64,000 bases of DNA. Origin: Planctomycetales bacterium. GTDB taxonomy: Bacteria; 4484-113. Position 1 is the stretch's first letter; the number at the start of each line of letters is the position of its first letter. The notes beneath the pieces are model-generated. The model did not search any database. It was not told the origin of the DNA and saw nothing but the letters and a program-made list of their open reading frames with translations. Made by a program: the position numbers and the translations under genes. The stretch lies in NCBI GenBank assembly GCA_037441675.1, contig JBBIRS010000002.1, positions 295,249 through 359,248 on the forward strand. Direction: 5' to 3'. Of this stretch, positions 49,928-59,574 are shown in pieces.

Positions 49928-50551
49928 ATGCCAACACGGATTGCTTTCCTTCGTCATGGAGAAACAGAGAAGAATAAACTTGGGTTGATGCAGGGGGATT
50001 CACCGGAGCCGTTAACTGAGATTGGACGTGAACAAGCGAGGCTTGCCGGGAGAGCGATGGATTCGTATCAACCGATTAAGCTTTACACTTCTCCCGCAGT
50101 CCGTTCACAAGAAACAGCGCAAATCATCGCGGATTTGCTTGGCATCCCGTTTGAAGTGAGCTCTCTCCTGCGCGAGCAGAGCCTTGGAAGGTGGGAGGGA
50201 AAAAGCTGGAAGATGATTGAAAAGGAAGATCCCGAAACCGCAAGGAGAAGAGATACGGAAGGTTGGTGGTTTTGTCCGCCGGGCGGTGAGCCGAGGCTTA
50301 GAGTGAGGCATAGGATGTTGAACTTCTGTAAGCAGATGGAAGAGAGGCATCAAAATCAGACGGTTATCGCTGTCTCCCATGCTTGTGCGCTTTATTTTCT
50401 TCTACTCGTTGTTCTTGGGTTAGAACCAATTGGTAGACAACCGATAAGAACCGACAACGGAGCGTTTTCGGTAATTGAAGCTAGCGAGGGTAAGCTCACT
50501 TGCCTTTCGCTTAATGAGCGAGCGCACCTAGAGGACTTGATGAAGGATTAA
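49928..50551 (+). CDS. Histidine phosphatase family protein
   Basis: RHGET, LTEIGREQA, SP..R..ETA, LREQ..G.WEG, VSH. Confidence 0.92.
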   Translation: MPTRIAFLRHGETEKNKLGLMQGDSPEPLTEIGREQARLAGRAMDSYQPIKLYTSPAVRSQETAQIIADLLGIPFEVSSLLREQSLGRWEGKSWKMIEKEDPETARRRDTEGWWFCPPGGEPRLRVRHRMLNFCKQMEERHQNQTVIAVSHACALYFLLLVVLGLEPIGRQPIRTDNGAFSVIEASEGKLTCLSLNERAHLEDLMKD

Positions 50552-50882
50552 AATTGCAGATAGAATACTTGCCTTCACAATTGATATGTTGGATGTTTCT
50601 TCAAAAATTTCGATTCTTATCATTTCAAACATTTCACAAAATCAAAACGTGGCTCTAACCCACGTGATTAGACAAGCTGTGGGGGCATCCACCGGTTGTA
50701 GATGACGATGGAAACGCGTTCATCTCCTCTGAATGGCATTGCAGGTTCGTGAGGATAACGAAGAAGGTAAGGGAATTCATTTTATCCTAGAATAACGGTA
50801 AACTAGAAGAGGCACCATCGCAGTTTTGGATGTATTTTTGCGTGAGCCTTATCTTTGCTAAAGAAAATGAAAGAATTGCGAT

Positions 50883-53141
50883 GTGCCTTGGCTTATGCGA
50901 TTCAGCAGACAAAAGTCTCAACTCACAATTTATGTTGAGGAGAAGAGGGGAAGAGCTTTGCGACTTTCTGGAAGCAGGAGATACCTGAACAGACCTCAGA
51001 ATTTCGTTATTGAGCGCTATTTTAACAGATGGGGAACTCTATATGACCTACGACTTCTTCCGAAGTTCTTCAAAGATGCGGAACGGGTTTACCTTTCCGT
51101 TGAGCTAACGGACAAAGCGCGCGAGTTTTATCAGTCTGAAATTGAAAGAAGGACAGTTACGCTTGATACGAGAGTTGAACAGATTGGCGGGAACGAGCGC
51201 AAGACTAGACTACTAGTGACAGCAGCCCCAAAAGGAGAGGAATTTACAAAAACGATTAACACAATCGTGCGTGAATACACAAATGAACATTACATTCTTA
51301 AGGACCCTTTAGACGCTTTTATTCTAGATGAAAGAGTGAAGCTTGCCGGCGGGATAATTGAGTATTTAGAGAACTTTAAGAAACTATTCCCCATCTTTAT
51401 GAAGGACAGGCTCTCAATTGAGCCAAGCCAATCTTTTTACGGGCTGATCGCAGTGAGACACATTCGCGCAAGTCTAAATCCTGCTTTGAGAGAGTTATTA
51501 AATGACTATGTCGATGCTTTTCACCTGCTGCGAGAGCAGATAAAACTTAGGGAATTCCTGAAGCGGGCTAGGGAAGCTGGAGCGAAGCTTAGAGTGCACG
51601 AAGAGGCAGAGAAAATTGCGCTTCAGGCGGAGATGATGGAAGACTTGATGATAAGAAAGGGAGAGCCCGTGAACGAAACGCTTGAGAACACATTGAAAAA
51701 AGGAGTTATTGCGCTACCAATCTCCGCTAACTTATACCGCTTCCAGCAGAGAGGGGTCGTGTTCCTAGCCTATAGAGGTCGGGCGTTACTCGCGGATGAC
51801 ATGGGACTTGGTAAGACAGTCCAGGCAATAGCTTCAGCCTTGGTGCTCAAATATTACGCTAACGTCAAACACATTCTTATAATATGCCCCGCTTCTCTCA
51901 AGCTTCAGTGGCAAAAGGAAATAATGCGCTTCACTAAAGAAAGTGTAAAGGTAGTCTCAGGTCAGGCAAAGGAGCGTGAGTTCATCTACCAGTCCTTGAA
52001 GGGGAATGAAGCGCCAACCTTTGTCGTTATAAATTACGAGCTTGTTTACCGGGATACTAAGGCTCTCCGAGAAATAGATTGGGACTTACTAATTCTGGAT
52101 GAAGCCCAGAGGATAAAAAATTTCCGCACCCAAACATATTCCGCCATTAAGAGCCTGCCTAACAAGTATGTCTTCGCACTAACTGGAACTCCGCTAGAAA
52201 ACGAACTTTATGATCTTTACAACATTGTTGATTTTGTGAAACCGGGGATTCTTCCGGAGAATCCACTAAAGTTTCGTGAGAGATATTGCGAATTTGATGC
52301 GTTTGGCAAGGTTCGCGGGTACAAGAATATCTTTGAGGTTCAGCGCAAAATTTCCGCAATAACGCTTCGGCGCACGAAGGAGGATACACTCTCTGAGCTT
52401 CCGCCAATAATTGAAACCCCAATTTGGCTTGAGATGGACGATAAGCAGAGAAAAATTTACAAGGATGTCAAAAGAGGAATAAGAACGGTTCTAACTAAAG
52501 AGCAGTGGAGCGAATTAACTCTCAAGAACGTTATGGTTGAGCTTATTCGACTTAGGGAAATTTGCGATAGCCTCCGCATTCATTTTCCAGAGGAAAAACC
52601 ATCACCGAAGGAACGCGAGCTTATTGTGCTTCTTAAGGAACAGGTGGAAGGTAGAGCTAGGCAGGCGATAGTCTTTACCCAATGGACGAGAATGGCAAAG
52701 CTAATCGCGGAAGAGCTTGAGGATGCTAAGCTTCCCTACGCCTATCTTCACGGCGGTACTGACGCAAAGGAAAGGGAAATCATTGTTAGTGAGTTTAGAG
52801 CTGGGAAATACAGTGTCTTTCTTTCAACCGACGCAGGAGGTGTTGGGCTAAACCTTCAGAATGCAAATCTGGTTATCAATATTGACTTGCCATTCAATCC
52901 AGCCAAGTTAGATCAAAGGGTTTCACGCGCGCATAGGTTGGGTCAGGCTGGAACGGTTAACGTGGTAAACCTTCTTATGAACGGAACAATTGAAGAGAAC
53001 TTAATGAGAATTCTGCAAAAGCGAAAACGACTTTTTCATGAAGTATTCTCCGCTTGGGAGGAAGGAGGAAAACCCGAGCAGATAACACTAGAAAAATACC
53101 TTAAAGACACTCGCGAGCTGGTAGAGGAGCTTTTAGGTTAG
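50883..53141 (+). CDS. SNF2-family helicase/ATPase
   Basis: LLADDMGLGKT, CPASL..QW, LDEAQRIKN, LTGTPLEN, GGVGLNLQ, QRVSRAHRLGQ. Confidence 0.93.
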   Translation: MPWLMRFSRQKSQLTIYVEEKRGRALRLSGSRRYLNRPQNFVIERYFNRWGTLYDLRLLPKFFKDAERVYLSVELTDKAREFYQSEIERRTVTLDTRVEQIGGNERKTRLLVTAAPKGEEFTKTINTIVREYTNEHYILKDPLDAFILDERVKLAGGIIEYLENFKKLFPIFMKDRLSIEPSQSFYGLIAVRHIRASLNPALRELLNDYVDAFHLLREQIKLREFLKRAREAGAKLRVHEEAEKIALQAEMMEDLMIRKGEPVNETLENTLKKGVIALPISANLYRFQQRGVVFLAYRGRALLADDMGLGKTVQAIASALVLKYYANVKHILIICPASLKLQWQKEIMRFTKESVKVVSGQAKEREFIYQSLKGNEAPTFVVINYELVYRDTKALREIDWDLLILDEAQRIKNFRTQTYSAIKSLPNKYVFALTGTPLENELYDLYNIVDFVKPGILPENPLKFRERYCEFDAFGKVRGYKNIFEVQRKISAITLRRTKEDTLSELPPIIETPIWLEMDDKQRKIYKDVKRGIRTVLTKEQWSELTLKNVMVELIRLREICDSLRIHFPEEKPSPKERELIVLLKEQVEGRARQAIVFTQWTRMAKLIAEELEDAKLPYAYLHGGTDAKEREIIVSEFRAGKYSVFLSTDAGGVGLNLQNANLVINIDLPFNPAKLDQRVSRAHRLGQAGTVNVVNLLMNGTIEENLMRILQKRKRLFHEVFSAWEEGGKPEQITLEKYLKDTRELVEELLG

Positions 53142-53231
53142 TAAAAGATTAGCGCCGCAAAATTCTTTTAAGTTAACTTCAGATATACTCTTTGTGGGGC
53201 AAGGAAGGAAACTAAGGTAACAAGGAGCTAG

Positions 53232-53543
53232 CGAAGGGCGTTCATTCTGTTAACGGATATATATCGCTCAAGTTATCTTGTTTAGTACTTCCCCAAAGAG
53301 TATCAGGATGCCATTGCGGGGCATAACGAGCTAATCGCCTAATGTGTCAGAAGCAATAATGGCGAGATAATGAAGAGCCTTGGTGATGGGTTCATCTGCC
53401 TTTTTGGGACTGGGGATCAGTGCCTTTCAACCTCCGTTGAGTTGAACAAGAATTTCAAGAACATTTCCCCGCTTTCTGATAACCTGCCTTTGCACACACA
53501 ATACTCGCAGAACTTGGGGACTAGGAATTTGAGTTCGCGCTAG
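53232..53543 (+). pseudogene. Remnant of a class III adenylate/guanylate cyclase domain
   Basis: One frame reads AFILLTDIYRSSYLV*YFPKEYQDAIAGHNELIA*CVRSNNGEIMKSLGDGFICLF, with stops at 53283 and 53340. Confidence 0.7.
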
Positions 53544-53598
53544 CTCATCAAATAAGCGAGGTTTTTACACTTCCTAGTTAGCAAACGCTCTCTATCCC

Positions 53599-55146
53599 CT
53601 AATCTCCGTGATTACCGTTGTACTTCTCCAAATCCTTCTCGGTTATACGCCTAGCGCCAAAGAAACGGCGTTTGTAGTAGCCCTCGCTCATTGTGTTCAC
53701 TTGGACTTCTCCCCCAGCACTACTTGCGTGAACGAAGTTACCGTCACCAATATAGACGCCGACGTGGCTAGGCCCAGGCTTATATGTGGTGAAGAAAACA
53801 AGGTCGCCTACCCTTAGGTCTTCTTTGTCAACGGGGCTACCCATTTCGTAATACTGCTCGGATGCTCTGCGCGGGAGATTTTTTAAGCCAAACTGCTCCC
53901 TTAACAGAAAGTAGACAAAACCTGAGCAGTCAAAGCCTGATACCGAGTCTCCACCCCAGCGGTAAGGAATTCCTCGCAGGTCTAATCCACGCTTAGCAAG
54001 CTTTCGCCCAATATCTCTTCCAGCAGAGAGCTGAAAATCCTCAGTGGGAACTAGGTATTCACTGTAAACCCAGCCCTGTTTGCCAGAGTACTCCACAAGA
54101 CTCCACTTTGGCTCCCTGCCTAGGACTTTAACCTCCTCGCCAAGAGAAAGCTGAGTTATGATATCAGCGTCAACGTTCGGTGTGGCTCTAAAGTTCACCA
54201 CATCACCAACAACCTTGTATTTTGGTAGTCTTGGCGGTGAAACTTTAGCGTAAAGCGCATTTACCCACCCTTCAAAGCCGGTTTTGGGAGAGACAACCCA
54301 ATACCAACCACTTAACTCCCCCTTCTTTACAAACCTTTCGCCTTGAGAAAGGGTGGTAATAACAGGGGCATTGAGGCTAGGTTCTTCTCTTAAATTAACG
54401 TTATCTGCGGTTATCTCAACTTCATGAAGCTGGGATACAAAACTTCCAAAAACAAAACCACGCTTCTCCAAGAATGGTACGCTAACGTGATACCAAGGGC
54501 CTGAAATTCCGACTAAGTATACCTTGCATCCCTTTTCAAGAGTAGCTATAACCTCGCTCTTGAGGTTGGGTTCTGCACGCAAGTTAACCTCGTTACCGGA
54601 TATCAAGGCAATTGGCGGATGCTCGGGGGAAAACTCCTTCGCGGTTTCCGGAGATAGAACCGGCACTGGGGCGGTATCTTTACCATCAGGGCTTTTCTTA
54701 TCTTTAGATTTAACACTCTCATCTGACTCACTGTTACTACTACTATTTCTTGACTTGGATGTATTGATCGAATCCTGCGAAATCTCGTTGTCAGCATTTC
54801 CTCCATTCCCGCTTGAGCTATAATCAGCTTTTGAAGGTAATGTAGGAGAATATCCCGTAAAAGATAAGCTTTCCAACTTCTTCAGTGCTTTTGTTAGAAC
54901 CCATCCTTTCTCGCCTATTATGGGGACGAAGACGTAACACCAGTTATCTCTTTCCTTAATTATGAAGACCTCAGTATCTAATTCAAGGGTAGAAATGGTT
55001 GTAGCTGATGCAGAGGGAATCTTGCGAAGATTCACCCTTTCTTGAATGATCTGGGCAGGAACATCCGCCCGAACTCGTCCGCTTACAAGCGAAATCGCAA
55101 TTGTAATAAACAGGGAACAAGTAATTATGGTTAATCTCTTTCTCAT
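53599..55146 (-). CDS. Secreted peptidoglycan endopeptidase: four SH3b domains plus NlpC/P60
   Basis: Signal peptide; four VN(L/F)R..P repeats; GIPYRWGG..GFDCSG, GDLVFF, HVGVYIG..FVHASS. Confidence 0.93.
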   Translation of the reverse strand: MRKRLTIITCSLFITIAISLVSGRVRADVPAQIIQERVNLRKIPSASATTISTLELDTEVFIIKERDNWCYVFVPIIGEKGWVLTKALKKLESLSFTGYSPTLPSKADYSSSGNGGNADNEISQDSINTSKSRNSSSNSESDESVKSKDKKSPDGKDTAPVPVLSPETAKEFSPEHPPIALISGNEVNLRAEPNLKSEVIATLEKGCKVYLVGISGPWYHVSVPFLEKRGFVFGSFVSQLHEVEITADNVNLREEPSLNAPVITTLSQGERFVKKGELSGWYWVVSPKTGFEGWVNALYAKVSPPRLPKYKVVGDVVNFRATPNVDADIITQLSLGEEVKVLGREPKWSLVEYSGKQGWVYSEYLVPTEDFQLSAGRDIGRKLAKRGLDLRGIPYRWGGDSVSGFDCSGFVYFLLREQFGLKNLPRRASEQYYEMGSPVDKEDLRVGDLVFFTTYKPGPSHVGVYIGDGNFVHASSAGGEVQVNTMSEGYYKRRFFGARRITEKDLEKYNGNHGD

Positions 55147-55185
55147 TAGCCTCCTAGAAATATAGAAAGCCTCCCTTTAGGGTGA

Positions 55186-55602
55186 ACTTGATAACATAAT
55201 ATCACATTCTAGGAAGTCAAATCAAATCTCAGCTCAGATAACGAGAAGCCTATAACGATGTTTTTAGAATTCCGCTTCTAAAAGACGAGGTCTAAACATA
55301 AACTGTTCAAATTACTATGTAAAGGTAAAATGCGACTTGACTTTGTTTATTTCGTTGTGAATAAGAGGTGCGTATCCATCCCGTATTTTGAATTTAATTG
55401 ATCGATAACTTACCTAAAAATTGTTTGCTATAGTTTGTTAAAGATAGAAAGAATAAAAAATAACCATCAATCAATAAATTATTCATGTTGAAGACGATGT
55501 TTTACACCGCTTCAGTTCAAGGATTAGCTAACTTATCAAGAAATTAAACAACTCTACAACTACTACTCTATTTATATTATTTATTTTATTATTATTTTTT
55601 AT
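55186..55602. other. Candidate chromosomal replication origin (oriC)
   Basis: 512-bp AT-rich intergenic region; consensus DnaA box TGTGAATAA at 55356-64; tandem degenerate boxes at 55533-41 and 55544-52, then CTACAACTACTACTCTA and a 34-nt A/T-only run. Confidence 0.55.
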
Positions 55603-55658
55603 CTTAATCTTGCATTCTTGAATTTACTCTAGTAAATAGTCTTATCGAACCTAGATAT

Positions 55659-56504
55659 TTAGTCAATTTGAACTGGATCAATTTCAATTTCCTGCAACTT
55701 CTTACCAAATGCTACATTAGACTTTGAAAAGAGGATCTTGAGCGCTCTTACCACTTCTGGTTTAAGGTTAAGTGAATTTTCATTAACATAAAGTGAAACA
55801 AATGATTGGATCTTATTAGCATTTATCCCTCTTGAATATTCCATTGCATATGCCATTGCTTCAGTTGGATTTGAGAGAGAAAACTCAATACTCTTTCGTA
55901 AAAGTAGTGCGAGCTTTCTCTTTATCTCTTCTGGTAAGGTTCGTCTAATCACATTGCCACCAAGAGGTAGTGGGATGCCAAATTCCTTCTTCCACCAATC
56001 ACCAAGATCAACCACAAGCTCCAGGTTCATTTCTCTGTATGTAATCTGAGCTTCATGAATAAGTAAGCCGGCGTCAATTGAGCCGGCGAGTACACGTGAT
56101 GGAATTTCGGTGAACTCCATCTCTACAGCATTTTGAGGCTCATCAGCCTTTAGGTAATGAAGTAGAACCAAATAGGCGCTAGTTGTTATGCCAGGGATGC
56201 CTATCTTCCTTGAGGCAAGATTTTCAAAAGTTGATCCAGCTTTAGCCACAACAACAGGTCCATAACCATCTCCCACACTTGCTCCACATGGAAGTAATTG
56301 ATAGCGCTTATAAATTAAAGGATAAATGGCAAAGCTTATTGCACTTATATCCCATTTTGAGTTTAGTGCATCTAGGTTAAGGGAGTGAATATCATTTACA
56401 ATGTGTTCAAATTCAAATCCCTCTGTATTAATTTTGCCGGACGCTAATCCATAGAACATAAACGCGTCGTCAGCATCAGGCGTATGTGCAACCGTTACAT
56501 TCAC
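55659..56504 (-). CDS. mqnD: 1,4-dihydroxy-6-naphthoate synthase (futalosine pathway)
   Basis: AHTPDADDAFMFYGL, GASVGDGYGP, GLLIHE, DLGDWW, PLPLGGN, LYVNE. Confidence 0.93.
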   Translation of the reverse strand: MNVTVAHTPDADDAFMFYGLASGKINTEGFEFEHIVNDIHSLNLDALNSKWDISAISFAIYPLIYKRYQLLPCGASVGDGYGPVVVAKAGSTFENLASRKIGIPGITTSAYLVLLHYLKADEPQNAVEMEFTEIPSRVLAGSIDAGLLIHEAQITYREMNLELVVDLGDWWKKEFGIPLPLGGNVIRRTLPEEIKRKLALLLRKSIEFSLSNPTEAMAYAMEYSRGINANKIQSFVSLYVNENSLNLKPEVVRALKILFSKSNVAFGKKLQEIEIDPVQID

Positions 56505-56576
56505 TACTTTATTCTATCAGAGAATGCTCCTTTTCTACTTTGTTGGTGTAGAATTTATTTAGTCAGGAGTAAATTT

Positions 56577-57563
56577 ATGAGCAAGAAATTTTGGATTGCG
56601 TTCATAGTATTTGGAATATTCTTTATAGGTCTTGCGATTACCGCAATGATAAGCCTTGGGCAAATCTCTGGTTTGTCTAGTTCGCGAGGCAAATTAAGGG
56701 TCGGTGTGCCAAAGGTGGCTATGATTTACCTTGAGGGCATAATTGTAGGTGATTCCAAAGGAGGGGCGGATTTCTTCAGTGGTAACTTAGTCTCATCCGT
56801 TGAAGCGGTTCGGCTACTTGAAGATGCTCGGCAAGATTCAAGTGTCAAGGCAGTCTTGTTACGTGTGAACTCTCCCGGCGGAAGCGCAGCTGCAAGTCAA
56901 GAGATATACAACGCTATCAAGAAGCTCAAGGAAGAAAAGCCAGTAGTAGTTAGTATGGGCGATTTGGCGGCAAGTGGTGGTTATTACATATCTTCCGCTG
57001 CTAACTATATTTTTGCCAATCCCGCAACTCTTACTGGAAGCATTGGCGTTCTATTTGACACCATTGAGTTCTCTGAGCTTATGAAGAACGTGGGCATTTC
57101 TAGTCAAACACTGAAAGCAGGAGAGTTCAAGGATATCGCAAGCCCATGGAGGAAGATGACAGAAAAGGAACGCGAATTACTTCAAGAGATGCTTGACCAG
57201 GTTCACCATCAATTCATCAAGGCAGTTGCAGAAGGTAGAAAGATAGATGAAAGTAAGGTTAAGGCTGTGGCAACTGGGGTGATAATGACAGGTGAACAGG
57301 CGGTGAAGGTTGGTCTGGCGGACGCTGTTGGTGGACTTGAAGATGCTAAAGTAAAAGCAAGAGAGCTCGGGAAGCTTCCCAAAGACGCCGAAGTTGTGGA
57401 ATACAAGAAGAAGCCTAGTCTCTTTGAGCTTTTTGAGATGTTTGGAAGTGAGACGAGACTATCTGCTCTCCTCAAACTTAAGTCTGGTACGCAATTTGAG
57501 AATGGGCTGGAGAGCCTTGCACGTAGGCTTTTTCTAAGTGATATTGGCTTTTCGCTTAGGTAG
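56577..57563 (+). CDS. sppA: Signal peptide peptidase SppA (S49, 36K type)
   Basis: RVNSPGGS, KPVVVSMGDLAASGGYY, TLTGSIGV; ATG at 56577 with SD AGGAG. Confidence 0.94.
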   Translation: MSKKFWIAFIVFGIFFIGLAITAMISLGQISGLSSSRGKLRVGVPKVAMIYLEGIIVGDSKGGADFFSGNLVSSVEAVRLLEDARQDSSVKAVLLRVNSPGGSAAASQEIYNAIKKLKEEKPVVVSMGDLAASGGYYISSAANYIFANPATLTGSIGVLFDTIEFSELMKNVGISSQTLKAGEFKDIASPWRKMTEKERELLQEMLDQVHHQFIKAVAEGRKIDESKVKAVATGVIMTGEQAVKVGLADAVGGLEDAKVKARELGKLPKDAEVVEYKKKPSLFELFEMFGSETRLSALLKLKSGTQFENGLESLARRLFLSDIGFSLR

Positions 57564-57622
57564 GATGAAGAGCGGTAAAAGTCTGAGATAGGTTAAATTG
57601 ACCTTGATGAGGAAGGCTTTCG

Positions 57623-58828
57623 TTATTCACTTTCCCCTACCGGCATTGGGAAGTAAATCCTAATAGCTTCTAAATCCACGAGGGCGGTATCATCGCGCCC
57701 AATCACAGTCGGAAGTGGTCCCCATTCATCTTTTCCTCGCATCTTGGCTAAGACATAAAATCGTGAAAGTAATCTGTTCAGTGCTGAAATATCCTTGTGC
57801 TCCGGAGAGTTGGAAAGAAGCGGGATGAAGCTAGGGAAAAGGTAGTCGGAGAAAAGCGGTGGTTGACCCTCCCAGGAAGGCTCTAGTGCGTTTAGTGGTC
57901 CCACCACCATCCATTGAGTCAGGGTGCGAGCGAGGGTCATTTCAGGAGACATTGCATGCTCACGTGGGATTATCTGGAATCCGCCAATCTGACCCAATGG
58001 TGACGTGCTTATATCAATGACGCCTGGATGGTTGGCGCGAATCCTTCCAACACGAGCATAAGTTGTTCCCATAAATCGTCCCACGCCCGCGACTGGCTTT
58101 AATACCTGCCCGAGAGCTTCAGGCTCCCTGCCGAGGTATTTAATTTTTATTAGGCCGCCAAACTTGTTTTCAAATTCAATATAAACCGGTGTGGTAGGAT
58201 GGCTGACCATAATTATCAAAGCGTCACCCTCTGCTGGAATGTACTCCTCTGGCATAACTTCCGATTTGCCACCGAACAATTGTTCCATTCCGCTTTTGGA
58301 TTGAGTTAGAACGTCAGATAAAATGTTGGATCTCATATTTTCGGGGAGCAACTCCGCTACCCGAATTTGACTACCAACAACCGGCGCAAACCCTCCGCCA
58401 AAGATACCTGTCCCAGCGGGAATATCGGTGAAAAGGGATGTGTTTTTGTTTAGGTAGCTCTTGTATTCAGCGGGATCAATGTTCAGAAATTCTCTTGGTA
58501 GAATTGAGAAAATGACTCCTCTGCCAGTTTCCGGGTTGTTGCGCACTTTGACGTGAATTGCGTTAACTGCGGTAGCGCACACGGTTCCATCCTTACTCCA
58601 CTTGCTTGCGGTGAATCCATCATTATTGACCGCACCAACCGGTATTATTACTTTGCCAACTTGAATCGCTTCTTCTCCTTGCCAAATAAGAATGCGCCCA
58701 TCCTTTACATTTTCAATGACAATAGAGAAGTTTGCCATTGGGTTAAATGCCCTAGCGGGTAACGCAAGAACTGCCTCCTGCAAAGAGGTGGCGATTAAAA
58801 GCAAAAGGGAGAAAATGAGACTTTTCAC
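57623..58828 (-). CDS. Secreted hypothetical protein with an internally duplicated domain
   Basis: Signal peptide (ARA); IENVKDGRI...VGKVIIPV is echoed by FENKFGGLI...LGQVLKPV; overlaps the GT2 stop. Confidence 0.8.
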   Translation of the reverse strand: MKSLIFSLLLLIATSLQEAVLALPARAFNPMANFSIVIENVKDGRILIWQGEEAIQVGKVIIPVGAVNNDGFTASKWSKDGTVCATAVNAIHVKVRNNPETGRGVIFSILPREFLNIDPAEYKSYLNKNTSLFTDIPAGTGIFGGGFAPVVGSQIRVAELLPENMRSNILSDVLTQSKSGMEQLFGGKSEVMPEEYIPAEGDALIIMVSHPTTPVYIEFENKFGGLIKIKYLGREPEALGQVLKPVAGVGRFMGTTYARVGRIRANHPGVIDISTSPLGQIGGFQIIPREHAMSPEMTLARTLTQWMVVGPLNALEPSWEGQPPLFSDYLFPSFIPLLSNSPEHKDISALNRLLSRFYVLAKMRGKDEWGPLPTVIGRDDTALVDLEAIRIYFPMPVGESE

Positions 58829-59553
58829 GGTCGTTTATCAACTTGAGTATTTGTGAATTTAGTGGAAAGCCAAGTTTTCAATATCTCCCAATACATTCTA
58901 AGGCGAGAGATAAAGCCCTTCGCAAAGCCCCTCTTTTCTTCTTTCATTAGTTGAGAGACACCGTCTAATTCTATTACGCGAATGTTTATATTATTCTCCT
59001 GAAAGTAACGATTTAACGCAGTTTCTATGCCAAAACCAACGTACTCCCATTTCTTGAAGCCCGTAAGGTCTTTCTTAAAACAAGCCCGTTGACCACTGAT
59101 AAAGGGCGAAATCTTTTGGGCGAGTGTGGTGAATGTCCTGCCGCCTGTGAAAACCCCCAAAGAAGAACGGTATTTGCCACCCTCCAGAAGCGGTTCTAGC
59201 AGGGCTTTGATATGTCTAGGCTCCAGATTTATTAGGTCGGCATCCAAAAATACCACTATATCAGAGTCCGCAAGATTTAAGCCATCTCTTAATGAAATTG
59301 CCTTGCCAAGATTGTGGGCGTGAGTTACAGTTCTGAATGTGGGAAGAATTGTTCCAGGTGGGTTATTAGACTTTACCTGCTCTGCAAAGTTACTAAAAAT
59401 TTCTGAAGTTTTATCTGTACACCCATCATCAACTAGTATTATTTCTTTGAAGATACCCGATTCAACTGCAGGTTTCAACACACCTCTAATAGTTCTTTCC
59501 TCGTTGAAGGCAGGGATTATAAGACTGGCGGTCATAGTAAAAACCTCTTGCAT
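58825..59553 (-). CDS. Family 2 glycosyltransferase
   Basis: IIPAFNEE, LVDDGCTD, NLGK, FLDAD, SGQR. Confidence 0.9.
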   Translation of the reverse strand: MQEVFTMTASLIIPAFNEERTIRGVLKPAVESGIFKEIILVDDGCTDKTSEIFSNFAEQVKSNNPPGTILPTFRTVTHAHNLGKAISLRDGLNLADSDIVVFLDADLINLEPRHIKALLEPLLEGGKYRSSLGVFTGGRTFTTLAQKISPFISGQRACFKKDLTGFKKWEYVGFGIETALNRYFQENNINIRVIELDGVSQLMKEEKRGFAKGFISRLRMYWEILKTWLSTKFTNTQVDKRP

Positions 59554-59574
59554 CTTTATGCTTCTTAGAAAACT

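Noticed and set aside
50660..50790. Fragment LWGHPPVVDDDGNAFISSE resembling a propeller blade
   Set aside because: Too short and has no start codon; it cannot be told from chance.
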